From contig SLQX01000029.1 in NCBI GenBank assembly GCA_007131245.1, forward strand, positions 32,483 to 96,482: DNA of 64,000 nucleotides, given 5' to 3'. Source of the DNA: Bacteroidales bacterium (GTDB taxonomy: Bacteria; Bacteroidota; Bacteroidia; Bacteroidales; UBA7960). Positions 20,447-30,385 of this stretch are shown here, piece by piece. Numbering within the stretch: position 1 is the stretch's first letter; each line of letters begins with the position of its first letter. A program made the translations under genes and the position numbers. The notes beneath the pieces were generated by a model. That model was given only the letters and a program-made list of their open reading frames with translations, was not told the DNA's origin and ran no database searches.

Positions 20447-21709
20447 TTAATAATTGTTTCCGTTTTTAATATCGAGTATTTTTTTTGCAAAGTAACTGCT
20501 TTTTTCCGGGAATTTCAAGCATAATCTTTCAAAGATTTCTAAAGCTTTCTCCATTTTGCCTTGTTTGAGGTATACATTGGCAAGTGTTTCGGTTGCCAAA
20601 TCCGGGGCTTCGGTGGTGCTTTCCTCTGAAAGGTCCTCCTGCTCCTCGGGCAGTTCTTTTTTTACTTCGATGCGTGGTTTTTCTTTTAAAAACTTGTCGA
20701 TCAGCTCGTTGATATCTGGTTTTTGAGAGTTTTTCTCATAAGGATGAAAATCGTTTTTTTCTTTGTTGCTTCTTGATTTTGTGGGTTTACCTGAGGTTTC
20801 TTTTGTAGCAAAATCTTCTTTTAGTGAGCTTTTTGTTTTTTGAAAGCCTTGCTCCTTTGATATATTTCCAATATTGGACCCAGGCTTTTCGGGTTTTTTG
20901 TCATCTGCAGGACTGGTGTCACTTTCAGGGGTGGTAGACTTTTTATCAGCAGTTCTCTTCTCTACAGGCTGTGGAGAATTGGGTTCATCCTGGCTGGGCG
21001 GACTTACCCGATTTTTGATATCACTTATACGCCTTTTTACCAAAGCCAGCAAGGTTTCAGGTGTTTTTTCCCCAGGTTTATCCCCGGCAGGCTGCTGGGT
21101 TTGGGCAGGGATGCCTGGCAGGGGAGTTGGGTCCTGTTCAGAAGGTTGGTTGTCAGTAGGGTTAGTGGTTTCTCCTTCCTGGTTTTTGATATCGTGGTTT
21201 GTGAATTGTGGTTCTGCCTGTCTGGCCTGTTTCTCTCTTTCAGGAGTTGGAGCCTCTTCTGTATTGACAGCAGAAGTTGTTCGTGTGCTGGCCAGGGGTG
21301 TGGAGGGAGTAAAAGACTCATTTTGTTGCTTTTGCTCCTGGTTACGGGTTTGTTTTTGAATAATCTTTTTTGCAATATCCTCGGCTGCAACCGTGTTTTC
21401 ATCCTTGTCCCTGGTAGCAGACAGTTGTGTTTTTGGTGTAGTGCTGTGAGCAATTTCACGGGCCATAGGGTTATCACGGTCGGAAATATATCTTTGAAAC
21501 TTTCGCCGGTCAACAGCATGAGCAGAAGCTTTATTTACCTGGGCTTCAAAAGCCAGCTTATCATAGTTTTGGAGGTTTTTGGCCAGTAGAATCTGCAAAC
21601 TTTGACAATAGGGAAATAGTGCTGAATAGCTTTCCAGCCATTGCAGCGATTGTTCGTCCAGGTTATATGGGCTTTTTAGGAGTTCAAGAAATTTTTCCTG
21701 ATTTTGCAT
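20447..21709 (-). CDS. Hypothetical protein: conserved N-terminal helical region, about 270 aa of low-complexity P/T/S/K/E/Q linker, and a C-terminal TPR-like motif
   Basis: 420-aa ORF. The C-terminus LANVYLKQGKMEKALEIFERLCLKFPEKSSYFAKKI is TPR-like. The middle is compositionally biased. It sits between lptE-like and secG genes with 6-12 nt gaps. Confidence 0.7.
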   Translation of the reverse strand: MQNQEKFLELLKSPYNLDEQSLQWLESYSALFPYCQSLQILLAKNLQNYDKLAFEAQVNKASAHAVDRRKFQRYISDRDNPMAREIAHSTTPKTQLSATRDKDENTVAAEDIAKKIIQKQTRNQEQKQQNESFTPSTPLASTRTTSAVNTEEAPTPEREKQARQAEPQFTNHDIKNQEGETTNPTDNQPSEQDPTPLPGIPAQTQQPAGDKPGEKTPETLLALVKRRISDIKNRVSPPSQDEPNSPQPVEKRTADKKSTTPESDTSPADDKKPEKPGSNIGNISKEQGFQKTKSSLKEDFATKETSGKPTKSRSNKEKNDFHPYEKNSQKPDINELIDKFLKEKPRIEVKKELPEEQEDLSEESTTEAPDLATETLANVYLKQGKMEKALEIFERLCLKFPEKSSYFAKKILDIKNGNNY

Positions 21710-21715
21710 ATTGTT

Positions 21716-22225
21716 TTACCAGTTTACAACCGCACTGTTAAAAATGTCTTCAACCAGTGCTTCGGTGATAATGTCCATGGCTTCATTTTCAACTTCGGCA
21801 AGGCTTCTTCGGCTATCATAGTCGTAATAACGGGAGAACGATTGGTCAAAGTCGTTTTCGGGTTCATACTCATTGATGAAAGTTACACTAACAGTAATTG
21901 TAAGCCTGTTTTGTGCCGCCCTGTCGTCGGCACCAATTGCCTGAGGCTGAACATCATACCTGGTGATGCTGCCTTCAAAGTGTAGGTCGCCCATTTCTCC
22001 ATTGGTTAAACGCAGATTGGTCTGGTTGGAAAACTTGTCTTTGAGGGCATCTGTGAATACCTGGCTTAAAGTGGGCTGGCCTTCGGGAGCATTATTGGGG
22101 AAATAGTCTACCGAAAAAGTTTCGGCCTGGGGAGGTATGGATGCGCCTGTAAAAGAATACACACCACATGCGTTCCACCCAATGGCAAATGTCGCCAGTA
22201 AGACCATATAAAAAATGTTTCTCAT
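21716..22225 (-). CDS. lptE: LptE-like outer-membrane LPS-assembly lipoprotein
   Basis: 169 aa with a lipoprotein-type signal ending ...IGWNAC followed by GVYSFTG. The rest (TFSVDYFPNNAP...GDLHFEGSITRYDVQP...RLTITVSVTF) matches my recollection of Bacteroidota LptE-family proteins. The assignment was not verified by search. Confidence 0.6.
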   Translation of the reverse strand: MRNIFYMVLLATFAIGWNACGVYSFTGASIPPQAETFSVDYFPNNAPEGQPTLSQVFTDALKDKFSNQTNLRLTNGEMGDLHFEGSITRYDVQPQAIGADDRAAQNRLTITVSVTFINEYEPENDFDQSFSRYYDYDSRRSLAEVENEAMDIITEALVEDIFNSAVVNW

Positions 22226-22318
22226 TTTTTTAGAGCTTGTGTAAATCAGTAAGGTAAGTTGTTGTTTTGAAGTACAAAATTAATTAATTTATAAACAAAT
22301 ACGGTGCCTGACTGTACC

Positions 22319-23584
22319 TTATGCAACAATGTCATATTCTTTAATTTTACGGTAAAGCGTCCTTTCGCTGATGCCTAGTTCCTCTGCTGCTTTCTTCCTG
22401 CGGCCGTTGTGTTTTTGTAGGGCCCGTATGATTAAATCTTTTTCTTTTTTCTGGATGCTCAGGCTTTCTTCAATGTAATCCGTGGTATCTTCTTCATATG
22501 TATCGATTATTTGGTGGTGGTCCCCGCCCTCATGACTCTCAGAATCTGATGATTTGTGGTTTTTTAAAACGGGTGGGTCGTTCTCAGGCTCTTTGTACAA
22601 ACTTTTGATCAATTGGGGGTTTTCTTCATGAAAGCTGCCGCTTAACTGCCCATTATCAGCCAGCTCACCCACAACCTTTTTCAAGTCATTGATGTCTCTG
22701 CGCATTTCGAAAAGCAATCGATAAAGCAGGTTTCTTTCGTCAATCCCCTGTTCCTGTTCCATTTTTTTTGCATCCTGGGCCAGTACCGGCAGGTTGGATG
22801 TTTGGGTTTGGGGCAAATATTTGTGAACGATTTCAGTAGTGATGGTTCGGTTGCTTTCAATGACTGAAATTTGCTCAGCCATATTTTTCAACTGCCTGAT
22901 ATTGCCGGGCCAGCGATAGTTGAGCAATATGTGCTCTGCTTCAGGACTGAGCTGCAATGGTGGCATCCTGTACTTTTCAGCAAAATCATTGGAGAACTTT
23001 TTGAAAAGCATGATGATATCGTTTTGTCGCTCTCTTAAGGGCGGAACATAAATGGGCACGGTATTGAGCCTGTAATAGAGGTCCTCACGAAACTTTCCGC
23101 TGGAAATGGCTTGTTGCAGATTTACATTGGTTGCAGCTACCACCCTTACATTGGTTTTAAGAACCTTGGACGATCCTACTTTTATAAATTCTCCACTTTC
23201 AAGTACCCTCAGAAGTCGGACCTGCGTGAGCAAAGGTAACTCAGATACTTCATCCAAAAAAATGGTGCCGTTGTTTACAACTTCAAAATATCCTTTTCTT
23301 GCTTCATGTGCCCCCGTGAAGGAGCCTTTTTCATGGCCAAAAAGTTCAGAGTCGATAGTCCCTTCCGGGATAGCCCCGCAGTTTACGGCAATGAAAGGGC
23401 CGTGCTTGCGTGCACTCAGGTGGTGTATGATTTTCGGGAAAACCTCTTTTCCTACACCACTTTCTCCTGATATAAGTACAGTGATGTCAGTGGGTGCTAC
23501 CTGCATGGCTACGTCTATTGCCCTGTCAAGTGCAGATGCATGTCCGATGATTCCAAACCTTTGTTTTATGCTTTGTATGCTCAT
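22319..23584 (-). CDS. Sigma-54-dependent transcriptional activator (AAA+ EBP with a Fis-type HTH and no receiver domain)
   Basis: 421 aa with Walker A GESGVGKE, the GSFTGA sigma54-contact loop, and RELQN-like NIRQLKN. The C-terminal HTH reads KKAAEELGISERTLYRKIKEY. Confidence 0.9.
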   Translation of the reverse strand: MSIQSIKQRFGIIGHASALDRAIDVAMQVAPTDITVLISGESGVGKEVFPKIIHHLSARKHGPFIAVNCGAIPEGTIDSELFGHEKGSFTGAHEARKGYFEVVNNGTIFLDEVSELPLLTQVRLLRVLESGEFIKVGSSKVLKTNVRVVAATNVNLQQAISSGKFREDLYYRLNTVPIYVPPLRERQNDIIMLFKKFSNDFAEKYRMPPLQLSPEAEHILLNYRWPGNIRQLKNMAEQISVIESNRTITTEIVHKYLPQTQTSNLPVLAQDAKKMEQEQGIDERNLLYRLLFEMRRDINDLKKVVGELADNGQLSGSFHEENPQLIKSLYKEPENDPPVLKNHKSSDSESHEGGDHHQIIDTYEEDTTDYIEESLSIQKKEKDLIIRALQKHNGRRKKAAEELGISERTLYRKIKEYDIVA

Positions 23585-24045
23585 AGAAGTAATTACAGTA
23601 TGCTTTTATGTCATAATGACAGTGCAAAGTTAAGGCTTTATTTTGAGTATTTTTTATCCCCGTCCTAATTTTAGACAAGCGGTGGCTGTTGGAAGTCAAA
23701 AGTTTAAACTTCCGAAAAGTTTCTGCCGGTTTAAACAATCGTGAAAATGGGTGGTTTTGCTTTTCCTTTTTTGTGCCTTTGTGGGGTAGGGTTGTTTGTT
23801 GAATAGTTAAGACGCGATTTTTAAAAAACTTTTTAACAATTTACGAATGTTCTGTTTACAGTTTTTCTTTGTGTCATAAAATCAGCCTACTAGCCAAAAA
23901 ACCACATGAAAAAATTTGTAATTAAAAAACCATGATAAAAACCCATATTCGCTTAAAAAAAAGCTATTTTTACGTCATGTAAATTTGGATGTAGAGATAA
24001 AATAAGGAGTTAAAAGAACGCTAACTAAATATAAAATAATATTTC

Positions 24046-27000
24046 ATGGCAGAAATAGACAAGAGGAAGAAAGTGCAGTTGAAAGCTGAAAAACTTATCG
24101 AACAACTAGGTTCCGGTAAGAAAAAGGAGGATTTGTCTCCTTCTGACATACGTAGTTTGCTTCAGGAGTTGGTTGACCATCAAAAAGAGCTTGATTCGCA
24201 TGCTGAAGATCTTGCCAATACCCAAAATCGGCTCAGAGAGGAAAATAAAAAATATGTCAGCTTGTTTAACTATGCTCCCATAGGGTTTGTGGTGTTGGAT
24301 GCCAGGGGAAGGGTAAGGGAAAGCAACAAAACATTTTGTGAGATGGTGGAGCAGCCACTTCAAAATGTTTTACGTGAAGATTTTCGTTCGTTTCTGCATG
24401 CTGACTCAATAGAACCATTTGAACTGCATTTGGATTCACTTCTGAATGAAGGGAGTAAGGGTGAGTGTGTGCTCAAAATATTATCGCGAACCGGAGACTA
24501 CAAGTGGGTAAAGATGGAAAGCAGTTGCTATTACTCTGTACATCCCCACCAGCATATTCAATGTTCGCTAAGCGATATCACCCAAACTAAAGAAAACGAG
24601 GAACACCTGCTTCGCCTTTCAGCGGCATTTGAACAAAGTGCCAATTCAGTCGTCATAACCGACCTTGAAGGAAATATTGAATATGCCAATCCCCGGTTTT
24701 TTGAATCAACCGGTTTTTCTTATGAGGAAATCATTGGCGAAAATCCACGGATAGTGAAACATCCCGACTCAAAGATCAATTATAAAGAGCTCTGGGATAC
24801 CATCACCGCTGGTAAAACCTGGAAGGGAGAGTTCTTGAATCAAAGCAAAAACGGGCAGTTGTTTTGGGAAATTGCAACCATTACACCGGTGAAGAATGAA
24901 AAAGGGACAACCATAAACTACCTGGCTATCAAAGAGGATATCACCCAACGCAAAAAAGCTGAGCGGAAATTACACAAAGCCAAAGATTTTTACCTCAACC
25001 TATTAGAAGATTTTCCTGTGATGGTTTGGCAGTCCGATACCCGGGGAGTCTTTAACTTTTTCAATAAAACTCTACAGGAGTTTACAGGGGTCGATTTTAC
25101 AAAAAACGGACCTCATGGTTTCCTGGAACATATTCATGAAAAAGACAGGAAGATTTTTCTGGATGGATTTAAAAAAAGCCGAAAGGAAAAGACCCACTTT
25201 GTTGTGGAGTTTCGTATGCTTGACAAGTACCAGAATTATCGCTGGATTCTCAATCATGCCAAGCCATTTAGTGACATGGAAGGCAACTATGGGGGGTTTA
25301 TTGCCTCTTGTATCGATATCCATGACAGGCGCATGATGGAGAAAAGACTTATGGAGAGTGAGGACAAATCCCGCAGGATGTTTGAAGATTCATCCCTGGG
25401 TATTTTTAAACTTGACCGGAACTTTTCGTTTGTCTCGGCAAACAAAGCATTTGCCGAAATGTTTGGTTATGAAAATACCGTCGACTTTCTCATCGACATC
25501 AACAACAGGCCAGAGTTGTTCTTCCAGGATTTTAAAAAGGAGACAGAGTTTAGAAGAAGCCTGGTTAAAAGTAAAAAAAACCGGTTTGTTCTTGAAAGGG
25601 AGTTCAAACGCAAAGACCAGTCAACTATCCATACAGTAATTCACCTGCGTAAAGTTTATGAAAGAGATCGCAGCAAAGAATTTTACATGGAGGGTTTTAT
25701 TGAGGACATCAGTAAACGGAAAAAGGCCGAGAAGCAATTGTTGCTATCTGAACAAAAATTTAAAGCATTGTTTGAAAAGTCTTATGATGCGGTGCTGATT
25801 CTTGAGCATGACAGTACTATCATAGACTGTAACTGGAAAGCAGCCGATCTCTTCCAGGTAAAAAGAGAAATGCTGATAGGAAAAAAATATGCAGAACTAA
25901 CTCCTAATAACGATTCCCCGGAGCATGATGCAGAAACATTTCTTTGTGAGAAAACAGAGCTGGCTTTGCAGGGAAAAGCACAAAACTTTGAATGGCTTCA
26001 TCGAAAAGATAATAAAACGTTTGATGCTGAAGTAAGTATGGCCCGGATTTATTTGCGCAATCAGTTTATGGTCCAGGTGATTGTACGCGATATCAGCGAA
26101 AAAAAACGGGCTGAAAAGCAAATTAAGCAAGCCAAAGAAGATGCAGAAAAAGCTCGCATGGCCCAGTCGGAATTTTTATCGCTAATGAGCCATGAAATTC
26201 GAACACCACTCAACACGGTTGTTGCGCTAACTGATTTAATGCTCGATGAGGTGCAAACCACCGAACAACAAGAAAATCTTAGCCGTGTGAAAATTTCTGC
26301 CCGGCATTTGCTTGAGCTTATAGATGACATACTTGATTATAACAAAATAGAATCGGGCAACATAGAGTTTGAACACGAGACGTTTCGGTTAAGAGACTTT
26401 GTTGAAGATGTGGCGAAAATTTTTGAAGTGAAAGCCAAAGAAAAGGATATTGCGTTGACCTGGGAGGTAAAAAACGTTGTACCTGATGTGCTGAAAGCCG
26501 ATACGCTAAGGCTGAAGCAGGTGCTTTACAACATGCTGTCAAACGCAATAAAGTTTACAGAACCCGGGGGAAAAGTTTCTCTTTTGGTTGATCAGCCATC
26601 CCCAAAAGACAACAAGGTGTTTTTTGAAGTCAATGATACCGGGATTGGTATTTCGGATGATAAGCTGAATGACATATTTGAAAAGTTTACACAGGCAGAG
26701 AGCAGCATTACCCGCAAATATGGTGGAAGTGGACTGGGGCTGGCCATATGCAAAAAGTTGGTTGAGCTACAGGGAGGACAAATTTTTGCCCAGAGCAAAC
26801 CCGGTGAGGGAACTTCGATTTCTTTTAACTTGCCCATGATGAAAGGCAACAAAAAGGAGCTCCCTGCTGTTGAAAAGGTTTCTGCGGGGGGGGCTTACTC
26901 CCTTGGAAACATGAGAATTCTTATGATCGAGGATGACAAAATGAACCAGTTTGTGGCGCGTAAGATTATTGAGAAAAAGTGGAATGCAAACCTGGAAATT

Positions 27001-27288
27001 GCCTCAACAGGAGAAGAGGGCCTGGAGCTGCTGAAGAAAAACCGTTACCAATTAATCCTGCTTGATATACTGTTGCCTGATATTACCGGGTTTGAAATTG
27101 CTGAAAACCTCCGAAAAAATGAAAATCAACAATACCAAAACCCCGACACTCCCATTATAGCACTTACAGCCGATGCTTTCCTTGAAACCCGTAAAAAAGC
27201 AGAAACTGCAGGTGTGGATGACTTTCTCTCAAAGCCCTTTGACTACCATCAGCTTTTTGAGGTTATCAACAAATATCGTTTGGTTTGA
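24046..27288 (+). CDS. Cytoplasmic multi-PAS hybrid sensor histidine kinase (PAS repeats - HisKA - HATPase_c - REC)
   Basis: 1080 aa with repeated PAS/PAC signatures (e.g. IEYANPRFFESTGFSYEEIIGENPRI...GKTWKGEFLNQSKNGQLFWE). H-box is FLSLMSHEIRTPLN, G-boxes are NDTGIGI / GGSGLGLAICK, and the receiver reads ILLDILLPDITG ... LSKP. Confidence 0.92.
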   Translation: MAEIDKRKKVQLKAEKLIEQLGSGKKKEDLSPSDIRSLLQELVDHQKELDSHAEDLANTQNRLREENKKYVSLFNYAPIGFVVLDARGRVRESNKTFCEMVEQPLQNVLREDFRSFLHADSIEPFELHLDSLLNEGSKGECVLKILSRTGDYKWVKMESSCYYSVHPHQHIQCSLSDITQTKENEEHLLRLSAAFEQSANSVVITDLEGNIEYANPRFFESTGFSYEEIIGENPRIVKHPDSKINYKELWDTITAGKTWKGEFLNQSKNGQLFWEIATITPVKNEKGTTINYLAIKEDITQRKKAERKLHKAKDFYLNLLEDFPVMVWQSDTRGVFNFFNKTLQEFTGVDFTKNGPHGFLEHIHEKDRKIFLDGFKKSRKEKTHFVVEFRMLDKYQNYRWILNHAKPFSDMEGNYGGFIASCIDIHDRRMMEKRLMESEDKSRRMFEDSSLGIFKLDRNFSFVSANKAFAEMFGYENTVDFLIDINNRPELFFQDFKKETEFRRSLVKSKKNRFVLEREFKRKDQSTIHTVIHLRKVYERDRSKEFYMEGFIEDISKRKKAEKQLLLSEQKFKALFEKSYDAVLILEHDSTIIDCNWKAADLFQVKREMLIGKKYAELTPNNDSPEHDAETFLCEKTELALQGKAQNFEWLHRKDNKTFDAEVSMARIYLRNQFMVQVIVRDISEKKRAEKQIKQAKEDAEKARMAQSEFLSLMSHEIRTPLNTVVALTDLMLDEVQTTEQQENLSRVKISARHLLELIDDILDYNKIESGNIEFEHETFRLRDFVEDVAKIFEVKAKEKDIALTWEVKNVVPDVLKADTLRLKQVLYNMLSNAIKFTEPGGKVSLLVDQPSPKDNKVFFEVNDTGIGISDDKLNDIFEKFTQAESSITRKYGGSGLGLAICKKLVELQGGQIFAQSKPGEGTSISFNLPMMKGNKKELPAVEKVSAGGAYSLGNMRILMIEDDKMNQFVARKIIEKKWNANLEIASTGEEGLELLKKNRYQLILLDILLPDITGFEIAENLRKNENQQYQNPDTPIIALTADAFLETRKKAETAGVDDFLSKPFDYHQLFEVINKYRLV

Positions 27289-27705
27289 TTCGAGCAAATT
27301 TGTTTTACGCAATTGGTAGAATGTCTGCCCCGCTATATGCGGGGGAACTTATTACATGAATGTATATATTACTCACTATCGTTTGTTTTAATTGGTGTTC
27401 GTGAGCTCACTTCGTTCGGTTCATCTTCTTTTGAGAGCACAGTGCTCATGCAAGTTTCAGAGTAAAACCGAGGAAAGCGTTGCTGCTAAGTTGATATTAT
27501 CCTTATCCTCTCCCCAATGGGTTGCCAAACTTATCTCCAGGCTCAGTAGTTTCATCGGTGTAATTCTTTTATAGACGGGCTGATTTTCACATGTTAATCT
27601 CTTGAGATGATTTTGACATAAGTCTGGTGTGTATTTTATCGTGGTTATTTTTAACTTTGCAAGTCTTTTCATTCAACAAAGTGCAAAACAACAAAATCCG
27701 CTTTT

Positions 27706-29775
27706 ATGTCGTCTTCAGTTACTTCCAAAAACATTAAAAGGTATACCGTAACCTCAGCATTGCCCTATGCCAATGGGCCAGTACATATTGGGCACCTGGC
27801 AGGAGTATATGTGCCGGCCGATATCTATGCCCGTTTTCTGCGGTTGAAAAACAGGGATGTGGTGTTTATTGGGGGTAGTGATGAACATGGTGTACCCATT
27901 ACCATAAAAGCGCGACATGAAAACACAACACCTCAGGCTGTGGTAGACAGGTTTCATGAAATGATTAAAGACTCTTTTGAGAAGTTTGGGATTTCTTTTG
28001 ACGTTTATAGCCGTACTTCTGCCCCTATCCACCATGAAACCGCGGCCGCTTTTTTCAGAAAACTCCTCGAAAAAGGTAAGTTGAAAGAAAAAGAGAACGA
28101 ACAGTTTTTTGATGAGGCTAATCAACAGTTTTTGGCTGACAGGTACATCACCGGCACTTGCCCTCATTGCAACCATGATAAAGCTTATGGAGATCAATGC
28201 GAAAATTGCGGCACATCCCTTAGTCCCGCTGAGCTTATCAATCCCCAGTCTGTTCTGAGTGGTCATAAGCCGGTAATGAGAAAAACCAAGCATTGGTACC
28301 TGCCGCTTCAGGATTATGAAGATATGTTGAAAGAGTGGATCCTTGAAGGGCACAAACATGACTGGAAGTCCAATGTCTACGGACAGTGCAAATCATGGAT
28401 TGACCAGGGGCTTCAGCCAAGGGCTGTTACACGCGATTTGGACTGGGGGGTTAAAGTACCCCTGGATGATGCACCGGGCAAAGTGTTGTATGTATGGTTT
28501 GATGCTCCCATCGGTTATATCTCGGCCACCCGTGAATGGTCAGAAAAAAGTGGTAAAGACTGGGAGCCCTACTGGAAAGACGAACAATCGAAGCTGGTTC
28601 ATTTTATAGGAAAAGATAACATTGTTTTTCATTGTATTATTTTTCCCTCCATGCTGCATGCTGAGGGGAGTTATATCCTGCCCGAAAATGTACCGGCCAA
28701 TGAGTTTTTAAACCTTGAGGGTGACAAAATATCCACCAGCCGTAACTGGGCCGTTTGGCTGCACGAATATCTTGAAGAGTTTCCCGGTAAGCAGGATGTG
28801 CTGCGCTATGTGTTATGTGCGGCAGCTCCAGAAACCAAAGACAACGACTTTACCTGGAAAGATTTCCAATCTCGTAATAACAGCGAACTTGTGGCAATTT
28901 TCGGTAATTTCGTTAATCGTACTCTGGTGCTTACCCACAAGTATTTTGATGGGAAGGTGCCTGCCGTCGATAACCTTACCGATAGCGATAATCAGGTGCT
29001 GGAGCAAATCGCCCGGTATCCCCAAACCATTGCCCGTAGCTTGGAGAATTACCGATTCAGAGAATCATTGTCAGAAATGATGGGTCTTGCACGGCTGGGA
29101 AATAAGTACCTTACCGACAGCGAACCCTGGAAAATTTTTAAGCAACAGCCTGAGCGGGTAAAAACCATACTCAATGTTTGTCTGCAGATTTGTGCCAATC
29201 TGGCTGTATTATCGGGTCCCTTCTTGCCTTTTACATCCCAAAAACTGTTCAAGATGCTTAACCTGGAAACCCTTTTATGGGATCAGGCAGGTACGGGTGA
29301 CTTATTAGCTGCGGGACATGCTATCAACAAGGCTGAATTACTGTTTGAAAAAATTGATGATGCACAAATAAAAGCACAAACCGACAAACTTTACAGTACC
29401 CGCATTGCCAATGAGGAGCAACAGCAGGAAGCCGTGGAACCTCTCAAGGAGGATATTACCTTCGAAGATTTCGCCAAATTGGATTTACGCACCGCTACAA
29501 TAGTCCATGCAGAAAAGGTACCCAAGACCAAAAAGCTGCTGAAGCTTACTCTTGAAACCGGGAATGACCAGCGAACTGTGGTTTCTGGTATTGCCGGGAG
29601 CTACAACCCCGAAGATATTACCGGCAGGCAGGTGATTCTGTTGGCCAACCTTAAACCCAAAAAAATCAAGGGGATTGAGTCGCATGGAATGATACTCATG
29701 GCCACGGGTAATAAAGGTAAACTATCCTTTGTTCAGCCTGACGACAAGCTACCTGATGGAGGAGTTGTGTCGTAA
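27706..29775 (+). CDS. metG: Methionine--tRNA ligase (with a C-terminal tRNA-binding/EMAP-like domain)
   Basis: 689 aa with [16 protein letters not shown] (HIGH motif), the zinc knuckle CPHC...[13 protein letters not shown] (KMSKS-like), and C-terminal [27 protein letters not shown]. Confidence 0.97.
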   Translation: MSSSVTSKNIKRYTVTSALPYANGPVHIGHLAGVYVPADIYARFLRLKNRDVVFIGGSDEHGVPITIKARHENTTPQAVVDRFHEMIKDSFEKFGISFDVYSRTSAPIHHETAAAFFRKLLEKGKLKEKENEQFFDEANQQFLADRYITGTCPHCNHDKAYGDQCENCGTSLSPAELINPQSVLSGHKPVMRKTKHWYLPLQDYEDMLKEWILEGHKHDWKSNVYGQCKSWIDQGLQPRAVTRDLDWGVKVPLDDAPGKVLYVWFDAPIGYISATREWSEKSGKDWEPYWKDEQSKLVHFIGKDNIVFHCIIFPSMLHAEGSYILPENVPANEFLNLEGDKISTSRNWAVWLHEYLEEFPGKQDVLRYVLCAAAPETKDNDFTWKDFQSRNNSELVAIFGNFVNRTLVLTHKYFDGKVPAVDNLTDSDNQVLEQIARYPQTIARSLENYRFRESLSEMMGLARLGNKYLTDSEPWKIFKQQPERVKTILNVCLQICANLAVLSGPFLPFTSQKLFKMLNLETLLWDQAGTGDLLAAGHAINKAELLFEKIDDAQIKAQTDKLYSTRIANEEQQQEAVEPLKEDITFEDFAKLDLRTATIVHAEKVPKTKKLLKLTLETGNDQRTVVSGIAGSYNPEDITGRQVILLANLKPKKIKGIESHGMILMATGNKGKLSFVQPDDKLPDGGVVS

Positions 29776-29849
29776 GCGTTGTTTTTTCATCTTTGGTCAA
29801 TGCTTTAGGGTGATATGTATAATATTTTGTTTTTAGGTGATTTACCTGT

Positions 29850-29879
29850 TTTGTCAAGTGAAAAAAATATTTATATTTG
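29850..29879 (+). promoter_or_regulatory. Candidate Bacteroidota-type promoter for tRNA-Arg (TTTG-N18-TATATTTG)
   Basis: TTTG lies at 29850-29853 and TATATTTG (TAnnTTTG consensus) at 29872-29879. The second box ends 14 nt upstream of the mature tRNA 5' end. Confidence 0.45.
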
Positions 29880-29893
29880 CGCACTTTCAACAA

Positions 29894-29965
29894 GGCCTCG
29901 TAGTTCAACGGATAGAATAGAAGTTTCCTAAACTTTAGATACAGGTTCGATTCCTGTCGAGGCCA
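29894..29965 (+). tRNA. tRNA-Arg (anticodon CCT)
   Basis: Manual cloverleaf of 72 nt with no encoded CCA. Acceptor is GGCCTCG/CGAGGCC plus discriminator A. D-arm is GTTC-AACGGATA-GAAT. Anticodon arm is GAAGT-TTCCTAA-ACTTT (CCT). T-arm is ACAGG-TTCGATT-CCTGT. Confidence 0.9.
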
Positions 29966-30081
29966 CAAACCATTAACAATCAATATAACACCTGTAGTAA
30001 AGCCTCCCCTCCTTTCGGTATATCAGAAAATGAGCTTAAATCAGGTGCACTAACTTAAGTGTATTATTTAAATAAAAAGCC

Positions 30082-30294
30082 ATGAACAGAAAAGATGAAA
30101 GACCCAGCAAAATTTCTTATGAGCGGTATTTGAATGAGCTAGGGATTCCTGAAGATCAAAAAAAATCAAATGATGGTCATATTCCTGATTATGTGAAGTA
30201 TGGAACCTGGCTCAGGGTGAATGATTCTGAAAAATTTGAAAAAGACTACCACTCATGGAAAACTAAAATCAGGGCTGAACAAAACCTTGATTAA
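30082..30294 (+). CDS. Small hypothetical protein (70 aa)
   Basis: An ATG-initiated ORF (MNRKDERPSKISYERYLNELGIPEDQKK...) followed about 20 nt later by a hairpin plus T9 terminator. I recognise no family. Confidence 0.4.
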   Translation: MNRKDERPSKISYERYLNELGIPEDQKKSNDGHIPDYVKYGTWLRVNDSEKFEKDYHSWKTKIRAEQNLD

Positions 30295-30310
30295 GGGTTA
30301 TGAGTTTTAA

Positions 30311-30360
30311 CAAAAAGCTCTGCGAGCTACCAGATAGGTAATTTGCAGAGCTTTTTTTTT
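30311..30360. terminator. Bidirectional terminator between the 70-aa ORF (+) and kbl (-)
   Basis: GCTCTGC (30317-30323) pairs with GCAGAGC (30345-30351). It is flanked by A5 upstream and T9 (30352-30360) downstream. The loop is long (21 nt). Confidence 0.6.
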
Positions 30361-30385
30361 ATGGGTTGACACCTGGGCCTGGGGT

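Noticed and set aside
20874-21589. Three overlapping 160-aa ORFs (20874..21359 +, 21037..21519 -, 21101..21589 +) within the 420-aa gene.
   Set aside because: They coincide with the compositionally biased linker region, where all frames stay open by chance. Only the 20447..21709 frame has structured conserved-looking termini and operon context.
29696-29983. A 95-aa minus-strand ORF.
   Set aside because: It overlaps the tRNA-Arg gene and the 3' end of metG, so it is spurious.
29894-30360. tRNA-Arg(CCT) followed by an orphan 70-aa ORF, considered as a possible integration hotspot or island edge.
   Set aside because: There is no integrase, no direct repeat of the tRNA 3' end downstream, and the flanking genes (metG, kbl) are housekeeping. 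Nothing supports an integrated element.
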